Position numbers and translations under genes: made by a program. The notes under the pieces were generated by a model that was given only the letters and a program-made list of their open reading frames with translations, did not search any database and was not told the origin of the DNA. Shown piece by piece: positions 37,531 to 49,080 of a stretch of 64,000 bases of DNA; the first letter of the stretch is position 1, and every line of letters starts with the position of its first letter. This stretch comes from a virus, in IMG/VR virus record IMGVR_UViG_3300025099_000014, positions 10,826 to 74,825 of that record. The stretch is one strand, 5' to 3'.

Positions 37531-40500
37531 GTTTACACGCAGTAGATACTGGACAAAGTTTACCACCGTTAATTGATGTTGTTGGTGACTTTGATGCTAG
37601 TGCTAATACTTTTAGTAGAGATAGTGGTGGAACTATTACTGGTTTAAAACAGGGAATGGTTATTACAATTACAAATGCTGTTGATGGTGGAAATAATACT
37701 AACTATACTTTAACCGCAGATGCAAGCACTACGTTAGCATTAGGAAGTGTCGCCGCTGATGAAAGTAACGACACTGTTACAATTACTCCTATTATTGGAC
37801 ATAATACACCAACTAACCCTACACTAGTAGAGATAAATAGTACAGCATTAGCCGGTGATATAAACTGTTTTGAGATATATAAAACAAGGGGTGCTGCCCC
37901 TGCTAATACTTTAAACAGTGTTTCATCATCTACTGTTAATAGATTATATCCAACCAATACTACAATAGATAGTCACCAATCGGCTAAAAGTACAACTCCC
38001 GGATATAAAATTCATTCAGATGTTACGCTCACAAATATACTAAGTGGTTCTTCTTTGGCTACGGCTAACGATTATTTTGTATTGATTTATTCCGATAATG
38101 GTAATAAACACCATTTTGCTAAAATTACCGAAGTATTAAATTATGATAATGCTGGAGACGGCTTTGAATTTGAACCTAGATTAAAAGAAGATATACCAGA
38201 GGGAACCAAATTCGCGGTATACAAAGGGCCTTCATCTACAAATACTGATTTAGTAGCAGTTAGTTACGGCTTAACAGGAACAGGTGATAAACATAACCAC
38301 TATGTAAATGTTAGTCGACCAACGTTTTATTTCTACAATGACCGAATAGATAACCCAATAGATAACGAACTAGCACATAATACAAAATATGAAGTTAGGA
38401 AAAGTAGATATGATGGGTCTAGCCATGTGCATAGTAGTACTTGTTTCTTAACTAACCAATCATTCGGACCTAGATTATTAGATAAAAGTCCATACAAACA
38501 AACTGTTAAAATAGTAGATACGGCCCACACATATGATAGCACAGTTAGTGCTAGTACAACAACTCACTATACTAATTACGCTGGTTCAGCACAAACATAT
38601 ACTGCCAACTTAACTAGTTGGGACACTTGTTTTTTAAATGCTAGTAGGCCAGTATATACCTTATCTGGTGGATTAGCAAGTGGAAGTCAATCTGTTGCTA
38701 CTGTATATTCAGGACCATCTACACATTTATCATTTGTTGAATCACCGGAAATAACTAAAATATTAGAGAACGTATCATCAGTTAAGGTGTCTAAAACAGT
38801 TACTGTTTCGGGTAACTACGCTGAGTTAGAAATATATGACTTTGAAAAGGTTCTAGATGAAAAAATTAAAATGAATGATGATTTTAAAGTTAGAAGCGTA
38901 TTATACCAACAGAAGTTAAATAATAACTATGATGTAAATTTACCCGGTAAGGTTCACACAAATACTACTGCTGGACAGTTAGAGTTTCAAGAACTCGGTG
39001 ATGAACAAGATTTAGCCCGCCTATTAGGTGATGGGGAAACTATTCGTATAGATGACTATATCTATGTGGTAGCCTCAATAGCATCTAAATCGGCAGGAAC
39101 TCAAGTAGTTACAATTGATGCATATAAAACAAAAAATGCAGCCACATTTACAACAGGGACAACAATACATGATACTCTATCAGGCGTAAAAGCCTTTAGG
39201 AGAGCATGGTCTACGTTAAAATCTAATTTGTTAACTAACGCTAAGATAGATACTGAAGTTGCGGCTGATGGTACAATAACTAAAAATGGTATTACTGTTA
39301 CTACATCTCAAGTAGATTATAGGGATTTAAATATTGTTTTAGATGATGGTGACCTTAAGAGTTATAGATTATCTGTAGATAAAGGAGATAAGAATAACCA
39401 ATACTTTGAACTAAATGATAGTGCTTTTAATATTTATCAATATGGTAATGAAAATAGAGGAACTTCTACTGTAACAAGTAACTCTGTTAAATATATAGCG
39501 CCAATAATTAACTACGTTGGTGGTGGGGCATTTATTGATAATGTTATTTTTGATGGAACTGTTGAATATATTAATAGTAAAACTGAAAGTACGCAAATGA
39601 AATACACAATTAGTGGTAGAGATGACTTAGGTAAGTTATTAGCAAAGGTAAATAATAAAAAATACCTTTATTCCGATGAATATGTTTATTCTACTATGAG
39701 TCCGATTAGTCAAATGACTGATACAGGTTTAGATTTGAGAGTTACATCGGGTAGCACTCTCGCTACTCAAGATGCAGGTTCCGCTAATATTAGTACATCA
39801 AGAAGGGGTAGTGGAACGTACGTTCCTTTAGAAATTGGTGATAGAATATATTATAGGTATTTATCCTCACCGAGGGAACAGTATATTTTGTTAGGTATAG
39901 TGTCTGCAAATACCGCTACTTCTGACCCCGGAACTGGAGTAACAGTAACTGTGTCTTTAGAAACACCTCTATCAGAAGATATATTCAGAGATGTTACTAC
40001 ACCAAAATTTAGTGTTACTGCACCGGGGGCGGGAACGTCACCATTCTCTATTGCTAATTCCACAGAAGCAATAGTTTATGTGGCTAAATCAACCATTATG
40101 GCAGGTAAATCTTTATCAACAAATCAAACTGATACTGATACTCCTACTACCTTAAGAGGTAGTGCAGACAAAGGTATAAACTTTATTTCTGGTAAAAAAA
40201 TAAATGTCTATACTGGGCAGGATTCAACATCATTAGTTGGGTCAAAATCAGACACATATGTAGGATTAGATAATGAAAACTCATTAGGTTATACTATTTC
40301 AAATACTGTTCAAATTGATTCTAATATGTCCCCGGAAGGTTTTGTTCCTTTTAACTCTGATGGTACTGAAAACAAGTTACACACTGTTTCCTCTATGACC
40401 GAGTACGATGTAATAGATATAGAAACGTTAGATGATGGACTTAACAATATCAGCGTAGCCCCAATCATGCCCACTGTCTTAGGTAGGATTGATTCAAATA

Positions 40501-43500
40501 CTGCTAGAAAATCTATTACTAACGAACAACATATTTATCTAATTAACAAAGGGGGCTTGCCCTCCGGTGGGATATTACACCTATTAAATTCAGAAGCAAT
40601 AACTAATAACGATTCTGAAAATTACCCTATATCCTTTGTAGGAAAATTAAATGATGATAACCTAGGTTCACCTAAACTATATGCAACATATAGTACTAGA
40701 TTCGGTTCTTTTATGTGGAGGTATTCATACCTTGAAGATGGTAGTATATACTATCAGGATGAAATAGGTGATAGAATAACTAATACTGCTAAGACATCTA
40801 TACTTGGTATTACTGGTCTAGATTTATATAGAGATAAAAAAGGTAATATTAGAGCCTGTCTTACTGGTGTAAGAATTGATGGTAATGGACAAACTATCGC
40901 TTTAGGTGATGATAACTCAGTTTCTGATACAAAATTACGGGAGGGTTCTCCTGAAACTAGGGGTCCAATGCCCGTATTGGGTAGTAATTTCTATGATACA
41001 ACTTTGATTCCTAGAAACTGTGATAACGCAAATCATAGTCAAGATTCTAGTAGTATTGCGAATAATGACCACGATAATTACAGAGAAAAATACTGGGGTA
41101 GGTTATTGGCCCAAGACAGCGATGACGATAATATTTTCTATGTAGATAAGATGTTCTTTGAAGCAAATGACCCCAAAGCAATAAATACTTTTTTGTTTGC
41201 ATTGGGTGATATTTATCCTGATAGTATGACTAGACCTAATCATATAGGTTACCCTGCAGCCTCACGGTCTTTTACAGATTACTCTCTAATTTTTAAAGCC
41301 AGCGGTACTACGGTAGCAGGGATAGAGCATGATAAATATGTCGGACAATTAACATCTAAAAGACAAAATGATGCCTCTTATGATATTTTACCAGTCAACA
41401 CAAGTTCTATTTCACCTAATACTATGAAAAGATTTGGAGTAGTTAGGTTGGTAGAGATGACTATGGATTGGCATTTTAATAATGTTGATGTAGAAAATAA
41501 AACTGATATAAATAATTATACTGCGATGCTAGATGTTCATAATAAAAAATTCCAATTGCATAATGAATTATTTAGTGCAAATGACCACCAAGTTAAATTT
41601 CATACTGCAGTATTAAATCTTGGAGCAGAATTAACTAATGGTGCTAGTAGTGTGACTTTAAATGCATCTCCAGCGGCTACAGGTGGAAGGTCTAGTTCAG
41701 GATTAACAAGTTTACCTACTAATTATATAAATACTAGCGCAACAGTTACTGCTGTATCTGGTAATGTAATAACAATCAGTAATGGTGCTTACGGTAATGC
41801 TAGTCACTTTCACGAAGGTATGATTATTGCTAGAATTGGTAATACTGCTACGTCTGTAACTAACGAAGATAGACAATATGCTATGATAGAGAGCGCAGCA
41901 GATAATAGTTCAAATGTAGAAATTACTCTTAAATCCGCAAGTAGTAGCGAAAATGGTCCTAACGTTCCTGAGTATGAAAAGTTATTTGACCATGCTTTGA
42001 TTAACCATTCACCTGCTGACCCAAGTGTTTCTGGTGGAGATATTATACAAATAGTACCTATTGAAATTTACGCTGACCCTCTTACGGGTTCTTCTGCTAC
42101 AAGTCCTAATAGAGTTTTTATAGGCACAGTTAGTGCCATAAGTGGGGCTACTATAACTTTAGGTTCTAACTATAGTGGTCCTACTATTGCTAATGGAACT
42201 GAAGTATATTTTAGCGTTGGGCCAGATTCAGTTCATCAAAGTGGGACACCTATAAATATTAAACATGATTTTAATGTAAAAATACAAGAATTCAATTCAC
42301 ATATTATTAGTGGTAGCGTCCAGTTTCCTTGGTTTGTAACTAATAACAATGCTGGATATAACCACAATAAAGAATTAATACATAATCAACTAATAAGTCC
42401 TTTATACTTAGGTAACACAAATACTAATGTTATTGCCTCGGACTATGGGCCTCTGGATGTAAATAAGGGATATTCCCCATTTAAATCTAGTATTCAAGGA
42501 TTAATTAGAAGTAGTTCTAGAGTTATTAATGAAATGTTAGTACAAGATAGTTTTACGCAAACAAACACTAGTAATACTTCCCGTCTAACGGAAGTAGAAG
42601 TTTCTGGTGGTTCTAAGATTAGAAATAATATGATAGGTTTAATTACTAGAGGTTACAAACCGAATGCGTTTTTTGAAAATACGATGCTAAATGCTAAAAG
42701 GTCTAAAGATGTTATATTAGATTACCCATCAAATTCTTCAGATAACACAATGAATGTTAGAACTACAGGGGTTGGGTATGCTAGTGAATTTCAGGCTGGT
42801 GCTTATCTTAACACTAAAATAGGTGTTGATTCAGATGATTTAGAAAATATAGATAAATTTGAGGCCATATATTTTCACCCAAGAAATGATGAAGATGGTG
42901 GTGGTGCTTCCGACGAATTTATTAGATTGTTAAGTAATAAGTTTAGAAGTAGTTTTGCTAGTGTAATTGCAGATGCTGCGATTCTTGTAGATGATATGGC
43001 TAACGCACAATATGGTTCAGGTAGTGTTAACTTTACAGTGGGTGATGCTTTCTTATTAGGTATGCGGGCTGACTATATTATAGCAACTACCGGTATGACT
43101 TTCCCAATTGTTAATTTAAGTTATCCTAAAGGTGATGGTGATAATTACTTTTATAGCACTTCTTACGGCCAAGCATATTTAGGTTCTGCTCAAACTGCTC
43201 ATAGTGGAACTTCTTCGGATAACCCATACGCTGCTTTGAAGTTTGACGAATTAAGTAGATACACAAATAGTAATAAATTACAGGACGAAGGTACAGGAGA
43301 GTTAAATTCATATTTAGGATTAACTAAGGCGGGTAACGGTATTGAAGAAAAATCATCAAGTCCGGTGCAAGACCAAAGATTCAATGAAACCTCAATTACC
43401 GGAGCAGAAGTATACTATAAACCGGTTGTAAATTTACAGGCTGATGATGTAGGTATTGGTGGAACAATAGATATTCATGCTCAGAAAAGACGAAGGATTA

Positions 43501-45290
43501 CTTTTAGTATTTATAATACTCCAGACAGTAATCATATTACCGAACTAATTGAAAATAAAAGTTATGCAAATGACGGAGATGATAGACAATTACATAGATG
43601 GATTCATTTCTGTCCTGACCTTACGGGTTATTATTTAGTTAGTGAAGAAGGCAAAACGTTTGCTAATGCCTCTACATCCAATAGAGCAATTAATAATACT
43701 GTTCCCACATTTATACATAAAATTATATCTCATACTATAGAGAAACAATTATCTGAAACAAGTAACACAGAATACTTTAAACACGTAATTGAAATAGATA
43801 ATGCTAATACTTATAGCACAGGGTTTTATCGAGTTATGAGAATATCACAAGATACATTCTATGACTTTACCCCGTCAGAAATTAACCTGTTAACACTATC
43901 TAATTCTTATTCTAAAGTAACAGGTAGCGATAAATGTTATGGGCCTATTAATAGGTTTAACTATTATGATGCTGGGTTTGATGCCAGTGTAGATACTATG
44001 TATAATGAGGGTTTACTATCTATGTTTATGCCTATTAATATAGATGTAATTGACGGAGGCTTCGTAGATATTAGAAGTGCACAACATTTCGCTACTGCTA
44101 CTAATTCACCTGAAACAGTTAATGGTGTAGCAAATGTTACAAAACCAAGATTTGTAGATAATACAACATATCAAATGTCTATTACCGATGGGCACTCTAG
44201 ATATAGTTCAGGGGTTAAAGTAGCAAGAGCGAACACCACCCCAGTTGTATATAGATTAGAAATGTCTAATATTAAAGCAATGGGTGGTGTAGTATCTTTT
44301 GGGGAGATTTTTACTTTGTCTACTTTTAATAAACCTAAATTTAATGGTAAGCGATGTTCCATAGGTACTAATTTCCAAGTAGTAGATGAGGCAGAACAAG
44401 TAATTAATGATTTAATAGAAAATACAGATATAACATATACTCAAACAACAGATACTGCAAAGTACTATGAAGCGTTTAATGTGCAAGGTTTAGACAGTTT
44501 TAGTGCTGTGAATTTTGTCGCATCTCTCAAAAATAGAAAATTAATAGTAGACGGTAAAACCGTTCAATTAGTTAAGGATATTGAAGATGAAGATTATACT
44601 AATATTGAATTTAATGAATTTGATGCAGACAATAGAATAGGACAAATATCTAGAGATAATAACTTATTTGATTTCTTTAATCAAATTACAGTGTATGGTG
44701 ACGGTGTTAAGAGCACAGTAAGAGATTATAATTCTGTAAAGAAAGATGGGTTAAAAGAATTAGAAGAGGTTGACTTAACTATAGTCACAGAAGAAGCATG
44801 TAAAAGAAAGGCTATGAATCTATTACGAGTTCACTCGGAATCTAGTCCAGCAATATCTTTTAAGGTGTTATATGAACAATGCCCATACTTAAGACCCGGA
44901 CAAATAATTAATATTAATTACCCATCAGAAAAAATAGCAAGGGGTGAGTATATCGTATTGGAAATTAACTATGAAATAGGAGGATTTATGGATGTTAAAG
45001 TAGGTAAATATGCTAAGAATCTAACAAACCGCATTGCAGAATTATTAGTACAGGGTAAAAGGGTAGATGCTGCTTTACGTGGTGACCGATATAAAACCAC
45101 GACTCCTAGCAGTTTTATACAAGAAGAAGTTGCGCTTAGAGCAGTTAAACTTAAAGTACAGTATACTACTGCTACAAGTACAGTAGCAAATGTATTTGGA
45201 TTTACGACCATATTTGGTGTTGATACAACACTAGGAATAACGGTCCCAACAGGAGAGTCAACACAAAACTTGGAGTATGATTTACTATGA
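37527..45290 (+). CDS. Giant tail tip/baseplate hub-like protein (2587 aa)
   Basis: S/T/N-rich beta protein; hub-like IFDGTVEYI...YTISGRDDLGKL and C-terminal FNQITVYGDG...LRPGQII...YIVLEINY. Confidence 0.7.
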   Translation: MSLHAVDTGQSLPPLIDVVGDFDASANTFSRDSGGTITGLKQGMVITITNAVDGGNNTNYTLTADASTTLALGSVAADESNDTVTITPIIGHNTPTNPTLVEINSTALAGDINCFEIYKTRGAAPANTLNSVSSSTVNRLYPTNTTIDSHQSAKSTTPGYKIHSDVTLTNILSGSSLATANDYFVLIYSDNGNKHHFAKITEVLNYDNAGDGFEFEPRLKEDIPEGTKFAVYKGPSSTNTDLVAVSYGLTGTGDKHNHYVNVSRPTFYFYNDRIDNPIDNELAHNTKYEVRKSRYDGSSHVHSSTCFLTNQSFGPRLLDKSPYKQTVKIVDTAHTYDSTVSASTTTHYTNYAGSAQTYTANLTSWDTCFLNASRPVYTLSGGLASGSQSVATVYSGPSTHLSFVESPEITKILENVSSVKVSKTVTVSGNYAELEIYDFEKVLDEKIKMNDDFKVRSVLYQQKLNNNYDVNLPGKVHTNTTAGQLEFQELGDEQDLARLLGDGETIRIDDYIYVVASIASKSAGTQVVTIDAYKTKNAATFTTGTTIHDTLSGVKAFRRAWSTLKSNLLTNAKIDTEVAADGTITKNGITVTTSQVDYRDLNIVLDDGDLKSYRLSVDKGDKNNQYFELNDSAFNIYQYGNENRGTSTVTSNSVKYIAPIINYVGGGAFIDNVIFDGTVEYINSKTESTQMKYTISGRDDLGKLLAKVNNKKYLYSDEYVYSTMSPISQMTDTGLDLRVTSGSTLATQDAGSANISTSRRGSGTYVPLEIGDRIYYRYLSSPREQYILLGIVSANTATSDPGTGVTVTVSLETPLSEDIFRDVTTPKFSVTAPGAGTSPFSIANSTEAIVYVAKSTIMAGKSLSTNQTDTDTPTTLRGSADKGINFISGKKINVYTGQDSTSLVGSKSDTYVGLDNENSLGYTISNTVQIDSNMSPEGFVPFNSDGTENKLHTVSSMTEYDVIDIETLDDGLNNISVAPIMPTVLGRIDSNTARKSITNEQHIYLINKGGLPSGGILHLLNSEAITNNDSENYPISFVGKLNDDNLGSPKLYATYSTRFGSFMWRYSYLEDGSIYYQDEIGDRITNTAKTSILGITGLDLYRDKKGNIRACLTGVRIDGNGQTIALGDDNSVSDTKLREGSPETRGPMPVLGSNFYDTTLIPRNCDNANHSQDSSSIANNDHDNYREKYWGRLLAQDSDDDNIFYVDKMFFEANDPKAINTFLFALGDIYPDSMTRPNHIGYPAASRSFTDYSLIFKASGTTVAGIEHDKYVGQLTSKRQNDASYDILPVNTSSISPNTMKRFGVVRLVEMTMDWHFNNVDVENKTDINNYTAMLDVHNKKFQLHNELFSANDHQVKFHTAVLNLGAELTNGASSVTLNASPAATGGRSSSGLTSLPTNYINTSATVTAVSGNVITISNGAYGNASHFHEGMIIARIGNTATSVTNEDRQYAMIESAADNSSNVEITLKSASSSENGPNVPEYEKLFDHALINHSPADPSVSGGDIIQIVPIEIYADPLTGSSATSPNRVFIGTVSAISGATITLGSNYSGPTIANGTEVYFSVGPDSVHQSGTPINIKHDFNVKIQEFNSHIISGSVQFPWFVTNNNAGYNHNKELIHNQLISPLYLGNTNTNVIASDYGPLDVNKGYSPFKSSIQGLIRSSSRVINEMLVQDSFTQTNTSNTSRLTEVEVSGGSKIRNNMIGLITRGYKPNAFFENTMLNAKRSKDVILDYPSNSSDNTMNVRTTGVGYASEFQAGAYLNTKIGVDSDDLENIDKFEAIYFHPRNDEDGGGASDEFIRLLSNKFRSSFASVIADAAILVDDMANAQYGSGSVNFTVGDAFLLGMRADYIIATTGMTFPIVNLSYPKGDGDNYFYSTSYGQAYLGSAQTAHSGTSSDNPYAALKFDELSRYTNSNKLQDEGTGELNSYLGLTKAGNGIEEKSSSPVQDQRFNETSITGAEVYYKPVVNLQADDVGIGGTIDIHAQKRRRITFSIYNTPDSNHITELIENKSYANDGDDRQLHRWIHFCPDLTGYYLVSEEGKTFANASTSNRAINNTVPTFIHKIISHTIEKQLSETSNTEYFKHVIEIDNANTYSTGFYRVMRISQDTFYDFTPSEINLLTLSNSYSKVTGSDKCYGPINRFNYYDAGFDASVDTMYNEGLLSMFMPINIDVIDGGFVDIRSAQHFATATNSPETVNGVANVTKPRFVDNTTYQMSITDGHSRYSSGVKVARANTTPVVYRLEMSNIKAMGGVVSFGEIFTLSTFNKPKFNGKRCSIGTNFQVVDEAEQVINDLIENTDITYTQTTDTAKYYEAFNVQGLDSFSAVNFVASLKNRKLIVDGKTVQLVKDIEDEDYTNIEFNEFDADNRIGQISRDNNLFDFFNQITVYGDGVKSTVRDYNSVKKDGLKELEEVDLTIVTEEACKRKAMNLLRVHSESSPAISFKVLYEQCPYLRPGQIININYPSEKIARGEYIVLEINYEIGGFMDVKVGKYAKNLTNRIAELLVQGKRVDAALRGDRYKTTTPSSFIQEEVALRAVKLKVQYTTATSTVANVFGFTTIFGVDTTLGITVPTGESTQNLEYDLL

Positions 45291-45682
45291 TAACAGAACT
45301 AGCAAGACAAGCACTTAGGGATTTTGTACAAGATAATTTTTTAGGATATAAAATAGGCACAGGTGGAGATAGTTCCAACCCAAATGCTACAAACTTAGAT
45401 GCACCGCTTAGTGTAGGGGGTACAGAACTTCAAACTAGTGGAATAACTATAACCACTTCAGGTATTTCGTCAATTGATTTCACAATAACTTTAAGTGCTA
45501 GTTCCTATGTAGGAGAAGTAATAAGAGAGGTTGGTATTTTTAATACCGCAACAGATATTACAATTGATGGAACAACCTACGCGGCTGGTGCAATAATGTT
45601 AGTGAGAGTCCCTTTTGATGGTATTGGACCTATTACTTCTAGTGATAATATAGAATTAGTTGTTTCAGTGGACGTGGTATAA
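45287..45682 (+). CDS. Tail/baseplate protein
   Basis: YKIGTGG...IREVGIFN pattern common to fibre-attachment proteins. Confidence 0.6.
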   Translation: MITELARQALRDFVQDNFLGYKIGTGGDSSNPNATNLDAPLSVGGTELQTSGITITTSGISSIDFTITLSASSYVGEVIREVGIFNTATDITIDGTTYAAGAIMLVRVPFDGIGPITSSDNIELVVSVDVV

Positions 45683-47844
45683 TGGTAGCAAACGAAGGGA
45701 AAATTACTACATTTGGGACTACAGGAACTCTTGGTGGTTTAGTAGACGGTACCGATACTATTCATACCGGTGTTGCTAAAACATTATTTGCTATTGCTTC
45801 TGGTTGTCGTGTTGTTAGTAGTGGAACTTTTACACAATCTTCTGATGATTTTGTGTTGGCTAACCCAACTACTTATAGAACACTAGGAACAAAAGTTACT
45901 TTATCTAGTAGTTCCGGACACAATACAGTTACAGTTGGTGCTGGTGATAGCACTTACGATAGATATGATTTAATATATATTGATGCTGGAAACAATAGAT
46001 TAGCAATTAGTGCGGGTCAAGTTAATCCTGCTAGAATTGCAGATATAAATAATGATGATGTTCCAGTTGCTATTGTTAAAGTAGCGGCAGGTGCGGCGGC
46101 AACAAACACACATAGTTTCCAAACTTTAATGAGTGTATATAATACAGATAGTTTTGCTGGTGATGATATAGTTAGTTTAATTATAGGTGCAGATGCAGAT
46201 GGTACAGATAGAACAATTACTTTTGGTCATTCAACTCTTAAAACAATTATGGGAATTGATGATAGTGCTGATAAATTTATTATTAACACTGATGCTACTT
46301 TTGATGCTACTGCCGCAAATAACTCATTAACAATTGATGCATCACATAATGTTACTATTGCTGGTGACTTAACTGTTACTGGAGGGATTATAGATAATAG
46401 TGGAAGTATTGGTTTTAATAACGGACAAAACGCAACACTTGACGTTGCTGCTACCGCACATAACGTAGCAGGTAAGAATCTAACAATTAGTGCTGGAACT
46501 ACAACTGTTGGAACTACAAATGATATTGCTGGTGGTTCAGTTACTATTAAAGGTGGAGCAGGTAAAGGAACAGGAGCAGGTGGAGATATTGTTTTTCAAA
46601 CTGCAAATGCTGCCGGTGGTAGTGCTCACACACCTTTAAATTCACATGCTACTGCTTTAACTCTTAGTGATGATTTATCTGCTACCTTTGGTGGGAATGT
46701 ATCTTTTGCTGGAACAACTCTTACTAGCACAGGGGCTGATTTGAATATAATTTCTGCTGGTAACATGGTATTGAGAATAGATAGTAACAATGATGAAACC
46801 GGCCAATCTTTTGCTTTTCAAAATAACGCGTCTACAGAAATTGCCAATCTTAGTGAAGCAGGTAATCTACAAATAGACGGCACTTTAAATGTTGATGGGT
46901 CTGGTGCTTCAGATATTGCTGGTCCTTTATCTGCTGCTGGCTTACATACTAGCAATGCATTTACTACTGGTAGACAACTTATAAATGCTAGTGATAGTAG
47001 TTCATCTAATAGAATAGTTAGTGCTGAACATACAATGATATTTTTCCACACTGCTGATTCTAATAATAACGTGTGCACTTTACCCACAGCAGTAAATGGA
47101 ACTATACAGTTTTTATTTAATGTTGATTCCGCTCATGATATTACTATAACTTCTTCACAACATATTAATGATAGTAATACTGGACATACGCTAATTCCTA
47201 GTGCTAATACTATTTCTCTAAAACCTTATCAATCTATTATTTTAAGAGGTGCAGCAGATGATAGTCCTATGAACGCAGGATATTATACGCTCGACTTTGA
47301 TTCAGATACAGGGACTACCAGTGCTATTGAGCAAGGATTACATACTATTTGGGTTCCAGCCGCATCTATGTACCCTAATACTACTAGTGGTTGTGCTGCC
47401 TTAGCACAAGTAGAACTAGCAAATGGTCCCGAATTAAAATGTTTAGATTTCGACACTTCTTCAGATGAGTTTGCTCAATTTACAGTAGCGTTCCCTAAAT
47501 CATGGAATGAAGGAACAATAACCTTTCAACCATTTTGGACAGTTACAGGGACAAATACAGGTACAGTTGCTTGGGAATTATCGGGTGTTGGGTTTGGTAA
47601 CAGCGATGATATTAATACTGCTTTTGGAACTGCCATTTCTACTACTGCTTTAGCCCATAGCGGTACATCGAACGATATGATGGTTTCAGCAACAAGTGGT
47701 GCTGTCACAATTAGTGGTGCTTCTGTTGACAGTGTTACTTACTTTCAAATAAATAGAGATACTGGTGGGGACACCCAAACAGGTGATGCAAGATTAGTAG
47801 GCATTAAAATATATTACACAATTAACGCGGGGAATGATGCTTGA
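45682..47844 (+). CDS. Tail fibre protein
   Basis: N-terminal DRYDLI attachment motif; Gly/Thr-rich fibre repeats (AGGSVTIKGGAGKGTGAGGDIVFQT). Confidence 0.7.
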   Translation: MVANEGKITTFGTTGTLGGLVDGTDTIHTGVAKTLFAIASGCRVVSSGTFTQSSDDFVLANPTTYRTLGTKVTLSSSSGHNTVTVGAGDSTYDRYDLIYIDAGNNRLAISAGQVNPARIADINNDDVPVAIVKVAAGAAATNTHSFQTLMSVYNTDSFAGDDIVSLIIGADADGTDRTITFGHSTLKTIMGIDDSADKFIINTDATFDATAANNSLTIDASHNVTIAGDLTVTGGIIDNSGSIGFNNGQNATLDVAATAHNVAGKNLTISAGTTTVGTTNDIAGGSVTIKGGAGKGTGAGGDIVFQTANAAGGSAHTPLNSHATALTLSDDLSATFGGNVSFAGTTLTSTGADLNIISAGNMVLRIDSNNDETGQSFAFQNNASTEIANLSEAGNLQIDGTLNVDGSGASDIAGPLSAAGLHTSNAFTTGRQLINASDSSSSNRIVSAEHTMIFFHTADSNNNVCTLPTAVNGTIQFLFNVDSAHDITITSSQHINDSNTGHTLIPSANTISLKPYQSIILRGAADDSPMNAGYYTLDFDSDTGTTSAIEQGLHTIWVPAASMYPNTTSGCAALAQVELANGPELKCLDFDTSSDEFAQFTVAFPKSWNEGTITFQPFWTVTGTNTGTVAWELSGVGFGNSDDINTAFGTAISTTALAHSGTSNDMMVSATSGAVTISGASVDSVTYFQINRDTGGDTQTGDARLVGIKIYYTINAGNDA

Positions 47845-48839
47845 GTGGTTTTGGTTATACTGTTTTAGGATTCGGCGCTCATCCAAACAGAACAGCACCT
47901 TCTCCTTATGTTTCATTTCCATCAATTACTGGTTTAAGTATTGATACAGATTTTGCCACATTACAAATAGATGGAAGTAACTATTCTAATACAGCAGGTA
48001 TGGCTGTTGGTGCAGATGAAATAGTTTGCGGGTTGGCTGGTGTTCTCAGTTTAGGTGGTAGCAACGTAAACCTATTAAGTTACAACTACGATACATCTAC
48101 TACTCTTAGCACGGGAACTGGTTCACCAGCATCTATGGGTTATGCTGCTGACGCAAGTGGAAATGTTCAATCAACAGTAAGGGGAGCGTGTTTTTCTTAC
48201 AATGGTGCTTATTTATATGTCGCTGGTCAGGCAGATACTAATAGGGTAATTAGATTTGACCTCGGAACTCCTTATGATTTAAGTACTGTAACTAGTAATA
48301 GTAACAGTGCTCAATTGGGTTCTGCTATGAATAGTTTACAGGGTATTGCTATTTTAGGTGACGGAACTAAATTTTATGCTATGCGTTCTACTACTGGTGC
48401 AGTTGGTCGAACTATCGAATATTCTATGTCTACACCTTATGATTTATCTACACTTTCTGTAACTAGAACAGTTGATGCTGCATATACTGGTAACGTATCG
48501 GGAGGCTTTTGCATGGATATTGCTATTGCTCCAGATGGTAGTAGTTTTATTGTAGGTAGTGTTGGTGGTTCAGGCGGAGCAGGTTATTCAACCATATTAG
48601 ACCAATGGTCAATTACTAATGGTGATATATCTCCTATCTCTGGCACAAGTGGTAGAGTATCTGCTAACTTCAGTAAGAACCTTAGTAATACTTATGACGC
48701 AGTTGGTGATGATGCCGATACATACTCACAGGCATTTAACTTTAATAATACTGGAACCGCACTACTTCTTGCAGCAGTTCATGAAGATGACGGACCTTCA
48801 GGAACATCTAATCAATGGCATGTTACTAGATGGACATGA
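47841..48839 (+). CDS. Putative receptor-binding/beta-propeller tail protein
   Basis: Repeated [LM][GS]TPYDLST blades; MSGFGYTVLGFG N-terminus. Confidence 0.6.
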   Translation: MSGFGYTVLGFGAHPNRTAPSPYVSFPSITGLSIDTDFATLQIDGSNYSNTAGMAVGADEIVCGLAGVLSLGGSNVNLLSYNYDTSTTLSTGTGSPASMGYAADASGNVQSTVRGACFSYNGAYLYVAGQADTNRVIRFDLGTPYDLSTVTSNSNSAQLGSAMNSLQGIAILGDGTKFYAMRSTTGAVGRTIEYSMSTPYDLSTLSVTRTVDAAYTGNVSGGFCMDIAIAPDGSSFIVGSVGGSGGAGYSTILDQWSITNGDISPISGTSGRVSANFSKNLSNTYDAVGDDADTYSQAFNFNNTGTALLLAAVHEDDGPSGTSNQWHVTRWT

Positions 48840-48847
48840 TTTATATA
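48840..48847 (+). promoter_or_regulatory. TATA box
   Basis: TTTATATA ending 24 nt before ATG 48871, the same spacing as at 21106. Confidence 0.55.
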
Positions 48848-48870
48848 ACAGTAAGTGGATGGTTTAAGTA

Positions 48871-49080
48871 ATGTCGCTAGAAGATGCTCTAAACGGCGAT
48901 TTAGATGAAAAGATTAATTGGTTAATTTCTAATCAAGTAAGTACAACTAAAGACATTGAAGCAATTAAAAACAACCACCTTTCCCATATTGAAACTGATA
49001 TGGCTGCGCTAAAACAACGTATATGGTGGATGACGGCATTTATTATTTCAGTAGTTACAGGGCAGAATGTGATGTTATGA
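48871..49080 (+). CDS. Small coiled-coil plus C-terminal TM protein (XhlA/holin-like)
   Basis: IKNNHLSHIETDMAALKQRIWWMTAFIISVV; located after the fibre genes. Confidence 0.5.
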   Translation: MSLEDALNGDLDEKINWLISNQVSTTKDIEAIKNNHLSHIETDMAALKQRIWWMTAFIISVVTGQNVML

